Source: Macrostomum lignano
Taxonomy: Eukaryota
Length of the DNA stretch: 64,000 nt
Reading direction: 5' to 3'
Assembly: GCA_002269645.1 (NCBI GenBank)
Contig: NIVC01001199.1
Span: 186,001 to 250,000, forward strand
A program made the position numbers and the translations under genes. The first letter of the stretch is position 1. Each line of letters opens with the position of its first letter. Under the pieces are notes generated by a model. It worked only from the letters and a program-made list of their open reading frames with translations. It had not been told where the DNA came from and did not search any database. This document shows, piece after piece, positions 33,220 through 44,822 of the stretch.

Positions 33220-35180
33220 TTGTTGGGGCAGGGTTCGCTGGTGAGATTTTCAATAGGGTGAGATTCCACTGATGAGAGTTCTAATAGGGTGAGATTTCAC
33301 TGATGAGAGTTCCGATAGGGTGAGATTCCACAGATGAAAGTTCCAATGAGGTGAGACTCCACTGATGAGAGTTCTAATAGGGTGAGATTTCACTGATGAG
33401 AGTTCCGATAGGGTGAGATTCCACTGATGAGAGTTCCGATAGGGTGAGATTTCACTGATGAGAGTTCCAATGAGGTGAGATTCCACTGATGAGAGTTCCG
33501 ATAGGGTGAGATTTCACTGATGAAGAGTTCCAATGAGGTGAGATTCCACTGATGAGAGTTCCAATAGGGTGAGATTCCACTGATGAGAGTTCCAATAGGG
33601 TGAGATTTCACTGATGAGGGTTCCAATGAGGTGAGATTCCACAGATGAAAGTTCCAATGAGGTGAGATTCTACTGATGAGAGTTCCAATAAGGTGAGATT
33701 CCACTGATGAGAGTTCTAATAGGGTGAGATTTCACTGATGAGGGTTCCAATGAGGTGAGATTCCACTGATGAGAGTTCCGATAGGGTGAGATTTCACTGA
33801 TGAGAGTTCCAATGAGGTGAGATTCCACTGATGAGAGTTCCGATAGGGTGAGATTTCACTGATGAAGAGTTCCAATGAGGTGAGATTCCACTGATGAGAG
33901 TTCCGATAGGGTGAGATTTCACTGATGAGAGTTCCAATGAGGTGAGATTTCACTGATGAGAGTTCCAATGAGGTGAGATTCCACTGATGAGAGTTCCGAT
34001 AGGGTGAGATTTCACTGATGAGAGTTCCAATAAGGTGAGATTCCACTGATGAGAGTTCTAATAGGGTGAGATTTCACTGATGAGGGTTCCAATGAGGTGA
34101 GATTCCACTGATGAGAGTTCCGATAGGGTGAGATTTCACTGATGAGAGTTCCAATGAGGTGAGATTCCACTGATGAGAGTTCCAATAGGGTGAGATTTCA
34201 CTGATGAGAGTTCCAATAGGGTGAGATTTCACTGATGAGAGTTCCGATAGGGTGAGATTTCACTGATGAGAGTTCCAATGAGGTGAGATTTCACTGATGA
34301 GAGTTCCAATAGGGTGAGATTTCACTGATGAGAGTTTCAATGAGGTGAGATTTCACTGATGAGAGTTCCAATAAGGTGAGATTCCACTGATGAGAGTTCC
34401 AATAGGGTGAGATTTCACTGATGAGAGTTCAATAGGGTGAGATTTCACTGATGAGAGTTTCAATGAGGTGAGATTTCACTGATGAGAGTTCCAATAGGGT
34501 GAGATTTCACTGATGAGAGTTCCAATGAGGTGAGATTTCACTGATGAGAGTTCCAATAGGGTGAGATTTCACTGATGAGAGTTTAGGTGAGATTCACTGA
34601 TGAGGTGAGATTTCACTGATGAGAGTTCCAATAGGGTGAGATTTCACTGATGAGGGTTTCAATGAGGTGAGATTTCACTGATGAGGGTTTCAATGAGGTG
34701 AGATTCCACTGATGAGAGTTCCAATAGGGTGAGATTTCACTGATGAGAGTTCCAATAGGGTGAGATTTCACTGATGAGGGTTTCAATGAGGTGAGATTTC
34801 ACTGATGAGGGTTTCAATGAGGTGAGATTTCACTGATGAGGGTTTCAATGAGGTGAGATTTCACTGATGAGGGTTTCAATGAGGTGAGATTTCACTGATG
34901 AGGGTTTCAATGAGGTGAGATTTCACTGATGAGGGTTTCAATGAGGTGAGATTCCACTGATGAGGGTTTCAATGAGGTGAGATTTCACTGATGAGGGTTT
35001 CAATGAGGTGAGATTTCACTGATGAGGGTTTCAATGAGGTGAGATTCCACTGATGAGGGTTTCAATGAGGTGAGATTCACTGATGAGGGTTTCAATGAGG
35101 TGTGATTTCACTGATGAGGTTTCAATGAGGTGAGATTCACTGATGAGGGTTTCAATGAGGTGAGATTCACTGATGAAATG
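33220..35180. repeat. ~31-bp satellite (GAGAGTTCCAATAGGGTGAGATTTCACTGAT); short outlier at 36488-36620
   Basis: Directly visible; about 2 kb. Confidence 0.95.
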
Positions 35181-35434
35181 AGGTGAGAAATGTTTCAATG
35201 AGTATTTCACTTTTTCAAATGATTTCATGATCATTTCAATATACTTCAGCAACATTGACAAGTCGCTACTCAATGCGCCAGTGAGCAATTTCTCTTGGAC
35301 TATTCTGAACTAAAAGATACGAGAAAACTGATTGGGTGGCTTTAATCCGTCCAACAAAACCCTCGCACACCGCACCCCCTCACTTCATTCCTCAACTCAA
35401 GTTGCGTCAACTCGCAAAGATGGAGAGACTTTAC

Positions 35435-35529
35435 CTGCACTCTCGAAAGTGGCGACCGCAGACAGAATTTTCTGTGATGGCGACTTTTCGATGTTGCTGA
35501 GTATTTAAGCACACTACGACACTAAGCCC
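35435..35529 (-). CDS. Candidate internal exon (95 nt) of the antisense gene
   Basis: Minus-strand acceptor ...CTTACCATCAG and donor GTAAAG. Open frame GLSVVVCLNTQQHRKVAITENSVCGRHFREC ends in phase 2. Confidence 0.35.
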
Positions 35530-35619
35530 CTGATGGTAAGCGTTCAAATTAAAAATTTAAACATCCTTTTAGTTTCAATAGATGGAATGGCAGCCAAGAT
35601 GTTGCACTGCATTGCGCGT

Positions 35620-36256
35620 ATATTTATACAAGTGAAAACAGCGCCAGATTATTAATGGGCCGAGGGAGGTGCGCACATGTGGCGTGGCGTGATTGGCTAC
35701 GCCAACCCCCCTGGCTTAGCGAGCCGACTAGCGCGGTGGGCCACCACCCCACCTCAGCTAGACAGGTTGGCGGGGGGGGGTTTCCAGTGCGGCTGCACTG
35801 GTGCTGCCGGTCGCATAGTCTGGCCGCCACAGAAAGTATTAAAAACTTTGTTTTTCGAATATTTTTTTGCCACACTTCCAATTGGTATAAATTTTATACC
35901 AATTTGCCAAATGAATCTGAATCAATTGGGCCCATTAGCTACTGCCCCCATCTGCAACTGCGCACAGTAAAATTCAACCAACCCCACAAATTGCGAGCCC
36001 GCCACGCAAAGGGTCATAAACTCCTTAACTTTATTGTGAATGTACATCCTACACTGTACATTGGCCAAGGAGAGGCCTAAATGGTTGAACCGAGCAATTA
36101 AATTTAATAACAGAGCGCCCATTGAAAGGATTAAAAATAGTTTTTCAAAATATTTGACCCATTTCCCATTCGAATTTTCATTAAAAAAGTTATGCATTAT
36201 CCCCGAAAAAAATGAATTTTTTAAAGCTCGGCCAGACGGTTCTCGAAAAAATCAAC

Positions 36257-36302
<46 letters not shown>

Positions 36303-36364
36303 TAGACAGACAGACAGACAGTAAGACAGACAGACTGACACAGACAGACAGACAGACACAGACT

Positions 36365-36414
<50 letters not shown>

Positions 36415-36419
36415 TAGAC

Positions 36420-36471
<52 letters not shown>

Positions 36472-36490
36472 CGCAAAATTAGTATATAGA
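35620..36490 (+). mobile_element. Probable Helitron/DINE-like non-autonomous element carrying (GACA)n
   Basis: The (GACA)n tract (36258-36468) is preceded by CGGTTCTCGAAAAAATC and followed by AATTAGTATATAGAT. This layout resembles microsatellite-bearing Helitron-type elements (Lep1/DINE-1, from memory). Confidence 0.4.
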
Positions 36491-37269
36491 TTCCACTGAT
36501 GAGAGTTCCAATAGGGTGAGATTCCACTGATAAGAGTTCCTAATGAGAGTCCCAGTAGGGTAAGATTACTCAGATGAGAGTCCTAATAGGGTGAGATTCC
36601 ACTAGTGAGAGTTTCAGTAGGGTGTGATTCGAGGAGTTCCAATGGGATAAGCGGGATTCATTTCATTCCATTCAAAGGCAATCATTTAAATTTGCCGCTA
36701 TAAACGTGTGTTGTTTATTTCCATGAAATCCGGAGTGCTTTCGTTAGCGAAATTAGTCACCGGGTGCGCGCCGCCTACGGCAATGCTGTTAATCAGGACA
36801 AAAATTGGAATTCGTTGTAAATTGAAAGGCAATTTCAATAATTGCAGTCAAAAATGCTCTTAAAATAATTCTATTTTTTAATCTACTTACCTGAGAGAGA
36901 TGGATAAATTGATTTTGGTACGAACAATGATTGTTATTCATCTTCTGCTTACCTGTTGCACCATCATTCAATCTTCATCTCTGCTTTGAAGGATGTCAAT
37001 GCAGGTAGATAAAAAATCTGCCCCTAAGCCACAAATAAAACGACTGTAAAGAAATGAAATGAATAAAATTGCATGTGACAGGCAGGCTGCATGAGTCGCC
37101 TTGAGTACAGCTTGAATCTTTGGTCTTCTAAGTTCCATATTTCCTTCCCCTGTGAAAACATAATATGTGCTCTGCTATCTCTCTGTGTGTGCTTCAAGTC
37201 CTGCAATAATACGGATCTTGTACATCTGCGCTGTGCACCCTGGAATTGGTGTTGTGTCAGCTTATTAGG

Positions 37270-37992
37270 AAGCTAGGGAGTCTCGCCTTGCTAGTTATTA
37301 TGGAGGCCAGGGAGTCTCGCCTTGCTAGTTATTATGGAGGCCAGGGAGTCTCGCCTTGCTAGTTATTATGGAGGCCAGGGAGTCTCGCCTTGCTAGTTAT
37401 TATGGAGGCCAGGGAGTCTCGCCTTGCTAGTTATTATGGAGGCCAGGGAGTCTCGCCTTGCTAGTTATTATGGAGGCAAGGGAGTCTCGCCTTGCTAGTT
37501 ATTATGGAGGCCAGGGAGTCTCGCCTTGCTAGTTATTATGGAGGCCAGGGAGTCTCGCCTTGCTAGTTATTATGGAGGCCAGGGAGTCTCGCCTTGCTAG
37601 TTATTATGGAGGCCAGGGAGTCTCGCCTTGCTAGTTATTATGGAGGCAAGGGAGTCTCGCCTTGCTAGTTATTATGGAGGCCAGGGAGTCTCGCCTTGCT
37701 AGTTATTATGGAGGCCAGGGAGTCTCGCCTTGCTAGTTATTATGGAGGCCAGGGAGTCTCGCCTTGCTAGTTATTATGGAGGCAAGGGAGTCTCGCCTTG
37801 CTAGTTATTATGGAGGCCAGGGAGTCTCGCCTTGCTAGTTATTATGGAGGCCAGGGAGTCTCGCCTTGCTAGTTATTATGGAGGCCAGGGAGTCTCGCCT
37901 TGCTAGTTATTATGGAGGCCAGGGAGTCTCGCCTTGCTAGTTATTATGGAGACCAGGGAGTCTCGCCTTGCTAGTTATTATGGAGGCCAGGG
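37270..37992. repeat. 34-bp minisatellite (GGGAGTCTCGCCTTGCTAGTTATTATGGAGGCCA)
   Basis: Directly visible, highly homogeneous. Confidence 0.97.
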
Positions 37993-38399
37993 AATCTCAT
38001 CGTTTTGAGGTGGCAGCAAGGAAATCTCAGCTTGCCTTGAAAGCGAAAACTTCCTTACTCTGTACCCCCGTAGGTGTTTTTAGTTTGTATCAATATCACC
38101 TATTAATTTTTATTCATCAGCTCTTTGACGCAGCTGTGTCTCAATTGCTACTTCTGTTCTGAGATAAGAGATGCCTTTTACACTTAGCCGGCTTTAATTT
38201 GGATTCAATATATTTTCCTCGTCAAAAGAAATAAAGCAGCTGCAACAAGGCATATTTTAAATGGATTTCCGAGCCGCGTCTCCGCGTGACAGCCTGAATT
38301 CAATCGAATAGAATATTCAGCTAGAAATTAGAATTTAAATTCAATTCCATTTGCTATCTTTTGATTTGCTGCTGCTATTTCAGGCAGCCCTAGTTAGAG

Positions 38400-38712
38400 T
38401 ATTATGGACACAGAGCTTGAGGGGAATGGCTCAGAATATGGCCACAGAGCTTGAGGGGAATGGCTCAGAATATGAACACAGAGCTTGAGGGGAATGGCTC
38501 AGAATATGGCCACAGAGCTTGAGGGGAATGGCTCAGAATATGGCCACAGAGCTTGAGGGGAATGGCTCAGAATATGAACACAGAGCTTGAGGGGAATGGC
38601 TCAGAATATGGCCACAGAGCTTGAGGGGAATGGCTCAGAATATGGCCACAGAGCTTGAGGGGAATGGCTCAGAATATGGTCACAGAGCTTGAGGGAAATT
38701 GCTTGAGGGGAA
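38400..38712. repeat. 34-bp minisatellite (CACAGAGCTTGAGGGGAATGGCTCAGAATATGGC)
   Basis: Directly visible. Confidence 0.95.
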
Positions 38713-39221
38713 GTGCAGTTGCCGGGGCAAAAATGCGGGAACAGATCCCCATATGGGTTATATTAAAATATGGTCTCAGCTGGGACCTCCCAAACTGTTA
38801 ATAAAAAATTCAAACCATCAAGTCACAGCCGCCGCCCTTTGGCACAAATTTTTAGGGCCGATACTTTTCTTCTCCAAAACATCGGTTCCGCCTTCGAGTT
38901 GCTCAAACCGTTTTGTCGAAAATGAAGGCGATATTGCAGATTCTGAGGCTGGGGGGCGCATATTAGATGGGGAAATATGGGCTGCAATTCCCCCTGCTGA
39001 TTGATGCAGGGCTTGTGAAACCAGCATGAGGGCTCGCTTTATAGCCAAGTTATATTGCATGAGGTGCTGGTTCGCGAAACTGAAGCGGTTCTATCAGCTA
39101 GTTTACTAATGTACTTTAAGCTAAGTTATTGATTTGATTATTGCAGGTACTTGCTTGACTTCTTACATCAGGATTTTAATTAAGTTCTTACGTGTTTGAC
39201 TACCTGGGTATTAAAAAATGT

Positions 39222-42107
39222 GAGTAGCTGAGTGGTGTATTGCCTGAGTAGCTGAGTCGTATGGTGCCTGAGTAGCTGAGTGGTATAGTGCCTGAGTAGC
39301 TGAGTGGTGTATTGCCTGAGTAGCTGAGTCGTATGGTGCCTGAGTAGCTGAGTGGTATAGTGCCTGAGTAGCTGAGTCGTATGGTGCCTGAGTAGCTGAG
39401 TGGTATAGTGCCTGAGTAGCTGAGTGGTGTATTGCCTGAGTAGCTGAGTGGTATGGTGCCTGAGTAGCTGAGTGGTGTATTGCCTGAGTAGCTGAATGGT
39501 ATGGTGCCTGAGTAGCTGAATGGTATAGTGCCTGAGTAGCTGAGTGGTATAGTGCCTGAGTAGCTGATTGGTATAGTGCCTGAGTAGCTGAGCTATAGTG
39601 CCTGAGTAGCTGAGGTATAGTGCCTGAGTAGCTGAGGTATAGTGCCTGAGTAGCTGAGTGGTATAGTGCCTGAGTAGCTGAGTGGTGTATTGCCTGAGTA
39701 GCTGATTGGTATAGTGCCTGAGTAGCTGAGGTATAGTGCCTGAGTAGCTGAATGGTATAGTGCCTGAGTAGCTGAGTGGTATAGTGCCTGAGTAGCTGAT
39801 TGGTATAGTGCCTGAGTAGCTGAGTGGTATAGTGCCTGAGTAGCTGAGTGGTATAGTGCCTGAGTAGCTGATTGGGATAGTGCCTGAGTAGCTGAATGGT
39901 ATAGTGCCTGAGTAGCTGAATGGTATAGTGCCTGAGTAGCTGAGTGGTATAGTGCCTGAGTAGCTGAGTGGTATAGTGCCTGAGTAGCTGATTGGTATAG
40001 TGCCTGAGTAGCTGAGTGGTATAGTGCCTGAGTAGCTGAGTGGTATAGTGCCTGAGTAGCTGAGTGGTAAGGTGCCTGAGTAGCTGATTGGTATGGTGCC
40101 TGAGTAGCTGAGTGGTAAGGTGCCTGAGTAGCTGAGTGGTAAGGTGCCTGAGTAGCTGAGTGGCATGGTGCCTGAGTATCTGAGTGGTAAGGTGCCTGAG
40201 TAGCTGAGTGGCATGGTGCCTGAGTATCTGAGTGGTAAGGTGCCTGAGTAGCTGAGTGGTATAGTGCCTGAGTAGCTGAGTGGTATAGTGCCTGAGTAGC
40301 TGATTGGTATAGTGCCTGAGTAGCTGAATGGTATAGTGCCTGAGTAGCTGAATGGTATAGTGCCTGAGTAGCTGAGTGGTATAGTGCCTGAGTAGCTGAA
40401 TGGTATAGTGCCTGAGTAGCTGATTGGTATAGTGCCTGAGTAGCTGAGTGGTATAGTGCCTGAGTAGCTGATTGGTATAGTGCCTGAGTAGCTGAATGGT
40501 ATAGTGCCTGAGTAGCTGAATGGTATAGTGCCTGAGTAGCTGAGTGGTATAGTGCCTGAGTAGCTGAATGGTATAGTGCCTGAGTAGCTGATTGGTATAG
40601 TGCCTAAGTAGCTGAGTGGTATAGTGCCTGAGTAGCTGATTGGTATAGTGCCTGAGTAGCTGAGTGGTATAGTGCCTGAGTAGCTGATTGGTATAGTGCC
40701 TGAGTAGCTGAATGGTATAGTGCCTGAGTAGCTGAATGGTATAGTGCCTGAGTAGCTGAGTGGTATAGTGCCTGAGTAGCTGAATGGTATAGTGCCTGAG
40801 TAGCTGATTGGTATAGTGCCTGAGTAGCTGAGTGGTATAGTTCCTGAGTAGCTGAGTGGTATAGTGCCTGAGTAGCTGATTGGTATGGTGCCTGAGTAGC
40901 TGAGTGGTATAGTGCCTGAGTAGCTGAGTGGTAAGGTGCCTGAGTAGCTGAGTGGCATGGTGCCTGAGTATCTGAGTGGTAAGGTGCCTGAGTAGCTGAG
41001 TGGCATGGTGCCTGAGTATCTGAGTGGTAAGGTGCCTGAGTAGCTGAGTGGTATAGTGCCTGAGTAGCTGAGTGGTATAGTGCCTGAGTAGCTGATTGGT
41101 ATAGTGCCTGAGTAGCTGAATGGTATAGTGCCTGAGTAGCTGAATGGTATAGTGCCTGAGTAGCTGAGTGGTATAGTGCCTGAGTAGCTGAATGGTATAG
41201 TGCCTGAGTAGCTGAGTGGTATAGTGCCTGAGTAGCTGATTGGTATAGTGCCTGAGTAGCTGAATGGTATAGTGCCTGAGTAGCTGAGTGGTATAGTGCC
41301 TGAGTAGCTGAGCTATAGTGCCTGAGTAGCTGAGGTATAGTGCCTGAGTAGCTGAGGTATAGTGCCTGAGTAGCTGAGTGGTATAGTGCCTGAGTAGCTG
41401 AATGGTATAGTGCCTGAGTAGCTGATTGGTATAGTGCCTGAGTAGCTGATTGGTATAGTGCCTAAGTAGCTGAATGGTATAGTGCCTGAGTAGCTGAGTG
41501 GTATAGTGCCTGAGTAGCTGATTGGTATAGTGCCTGAGTAGCTGAGCTATAGTGCCTGAGTAGCTGAGGTATAGTGCCTGAGTAGCTGAGGTATAGTGCC
41601 TGAGTAGCTGAGTGGTATAGTGCCTGAGTAGCTGAGTGGTGTATTGCCTGAGTAGCTGATTGGTATAGTGCCTGAGTAGCTGAGGTATAGTGCCTGAGTA
41701 GCTGAATGGTATAGTGCCTGAGTAGCTGAGTGGTATAGTGCCTGAGTAGCTGATTGGTATAGTGCCTGAGTAGCTGAGTGGTATAGTGCCTGAGTAGCTG
41801 AGTGGTATAGTGCCTGAGTAGCTGATTGGGATAGTGCCTGAGTAGCTGAATGGTATAGTGCCTGAGTAGCTGAATGGTATAGTGCCTGAGTAGCTGAGTG
41901 GTATAGTGCCTGAGTAGCTGAGTGGTATAGTGCCTGAGTAGCTGATTGGTATAGTGCCTGAGTAGCTGAGTGGTATAGTGCCTGAGTAGCTGAGTGGTAT
42001 AGTGCCTGAGTAGCTGAGTGGTATAGTGCCTGAGTAGCTGATTGGTATAGTGCCTGAGTAGCTGATTGGTATAGTGCCTGAGTAGCTGAGGTATAGTGCC
42101 TGAGTAA
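39222..42107. repeat. 24-bp satellite (GAGTAGCTGAGTGGTATAGTGCCT), ~2.9 kb
   Basis: Directly visible. It explains the 608-aa YSGTIPLS ORF. Confidence 0.97.
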
Positions 42108-43044
42108 TGTGGGTAAATGCGAGTATTTCTAAGCCGCTGAGAACAATATGCTTCTTAAGTACTTCATTGGGAGCAGGTGATTAATTTATTATCTGATTAC
42201 CAGAGTAATTACCCATCAGAGCACCTGACACCACGATAACCCGAGAACAGAGAACAAGTTTGAGTCGTAAATGCTCCCAAACACATGGAAAACTGGGAAT
42301 TTCATGTTTAATTTTTTGTCGAGAGCTGCCCCTCCGGGAATCGGCTGCACTCGGATAATTAGAATTTCATCCATCTCTTTGATAAAACAACTTGCGACGG
42401 TTTTTCCTCGGATCTGTCTTAATTTTCAGTCGATTCGTTCACTCTGTGGGGTTGGATGGCCCGAACCCATTAGGCTGGTTTTAAACCATTAAAACAAAAG
42501 GTTTTCAACTTTCTGATGTCTGGTTTGAAAACTGGAAAAACTGCAATCAGCCTAAACGTGTCTGAATGTTGTCTGAATGTGGAGTTTACGGAGCTGTCTG
42601 GTCACCGCCCCCCCTTGCCCGAACTCTCTTTAGCAATTATATTTTATCTTCAGCTGGGTCGCCGGCCTTCTTGCACTGGGCAGATATGGCTGCTACGGGA
42701 AAGGCAAATTATGAATGCTAATTTCGGGCCAGCAGTTTCTGAGACTGCTTTTATTGATTGCCCAAGAGCTCTTTGCCGGGCAATTCCCCAGTTAATCCCC
42801 TCGTCCCGCCGTATCCCTCACCCAGAAACTCGCGGGACTCCGCCAGCTCCGGCAGCAATATATCTCTCTCGTATTCGAAGATTTTGGTCCAAAGCAAAAG
42901 TGCCAAATCGAGTGAGCAGTTTCAAGTGAAATATGAGAACTGAAGCAGCTTGTACCGTGCACTGCAGGGTGAGCGAGTGCAGAGTGAGAGGGATCAGAGT
43001 CCATATGAACTTTTGAACTCATCCTTGATTTCTCATCATCATCA

Positions 43045-43635
43045 TCTCATCACTACATTCCTGACCCACCTCATCTCTACATTCCTGACCCACCTCATCT
43101 CTACATTCCTGACTCACCTCATCTCTACATTCCTGACCCACCTCATCTCTACATTCCTGACCCACCTCATCTCTACATTCCTGACTCACCTCATCTCTAC
43201 ATTCCTGACCCACCTCATCTTTACATTCCTGACCCGGCAAATCACTACATTCCTGACCCACCTCATCACTACATTTCTGACCCAGCAAATCACTACATTC
43301 TTGACCCAGCAAATCACTACATTCCTGACCCAGCAAATCACTACATTCCTGACCCACCTCATCACTACATTCCTGACCCAGCAAATCACTACATTCCTGA
43401 CCCAGCAAATCACTACATTCCTGACCCAGCCAATCACTACATTCCTGACCCACCTCATCACTACATTCCTGACCCAGCAAATCACTACATTCCTGACCCA
43501 GCAAATCACTACATTCCTGACCCAGCAAATCACTACATTCCTGACCCACCTCATCACTACATTCCTGACCCACCTCATCACTACATTCCTGACCCACCTC
43601 ATCACTACATTCCTGACCCACCTCTACATTCCTGA
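43045..43635. repeat. 24-bp minisatellite (CACTACATTCCTGACCCAGCAAAT / CACCTCAT variants)
   Basis: Directly visible. Confidence 0.95.
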
Positions 43636-44117
43636 CACGTAATTATCAAATCCCTGATCAAACTAGTGGTTAAATTGATGCAATTTTCATAAATTTTAAT
43701 CATTGATCTTGTTTACGTTAATTCTGCCTTTTCCAAATAGACTATAAATAACATTTGAAAATCTTTCAAAGGCATTTCCAAGCCAGTTTATTACAAAATA
43801 GAAACCTTTAGAGTCAGAAATGTGGTCAGAAAACAGTCTTAATCTTATTCAATTTTCATGACAGAATTGCACTTTGCACATTCGCAGGCGATCACCAAGA
43901 ACTAATGTGCGTAGAAGAAGCATGTCCATTGGGACTCAGGGACGGTCTGCTCCATCAAACTATTTTCTGCCAGACTGTGAGAATATCCCTTGGGACTTTT
44001 CTCAGACTTGGCGGTAAAAGAATGATAAAAGCAGTAATTCCTCTTTAATTAATTCTCTTTTGCTCTTCATGCGGCTGCGGGCACCGATTGGCTGCGTGAG
44101 CTTTATTGGAGAGAAGG

Positions 44118-44560
<443 letters not shown>

Positions 44561-44822
44561 TAAGAGAAGAGATTCAGTCCATCCGGCATTCCCAATTCCC
44601 CAGACTGATCAGTGCACCAACAAAAAAGCCATCTCTACCGCGCCTCGGTGTCGCTATTCTTATCTCCCGCGCAATTTGCATTCCTGTATTATCGGTCTGA
44701 AGCATCGACAGTGAGGGGAAATGAAAGCAAAAATCTCGGATGCATTTTTTTTCCTGGGATCCAAAATGCAAAAAATCTGTGCGGGCTTCGGTTGATGCAG
44801 TGGAAACCGGGGCGGGAGGGCG

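Noticed and set aside
37270-38712. 34-bp direct repeats resembling a CRISPR array
   Set aside because: Units are contiguous with no unique spacers, there are no cas genes, and the context is eukaryotic.
39180-41006. 608-aa ORF of YSGTIPLS repeats
   Set aside because: Product of a 24-bp satellite whose unit is a multiple of 3; no unique domain or gene context.
42654-44045. Plus-strand spliced reading with several TGA codons (selenoprotein or readthrough idea)
   Set aside because: The frame also contains TAA, no SECIS-like element or homology was recognised, and the minus-strand interpretation fits the splice signals at least as well.
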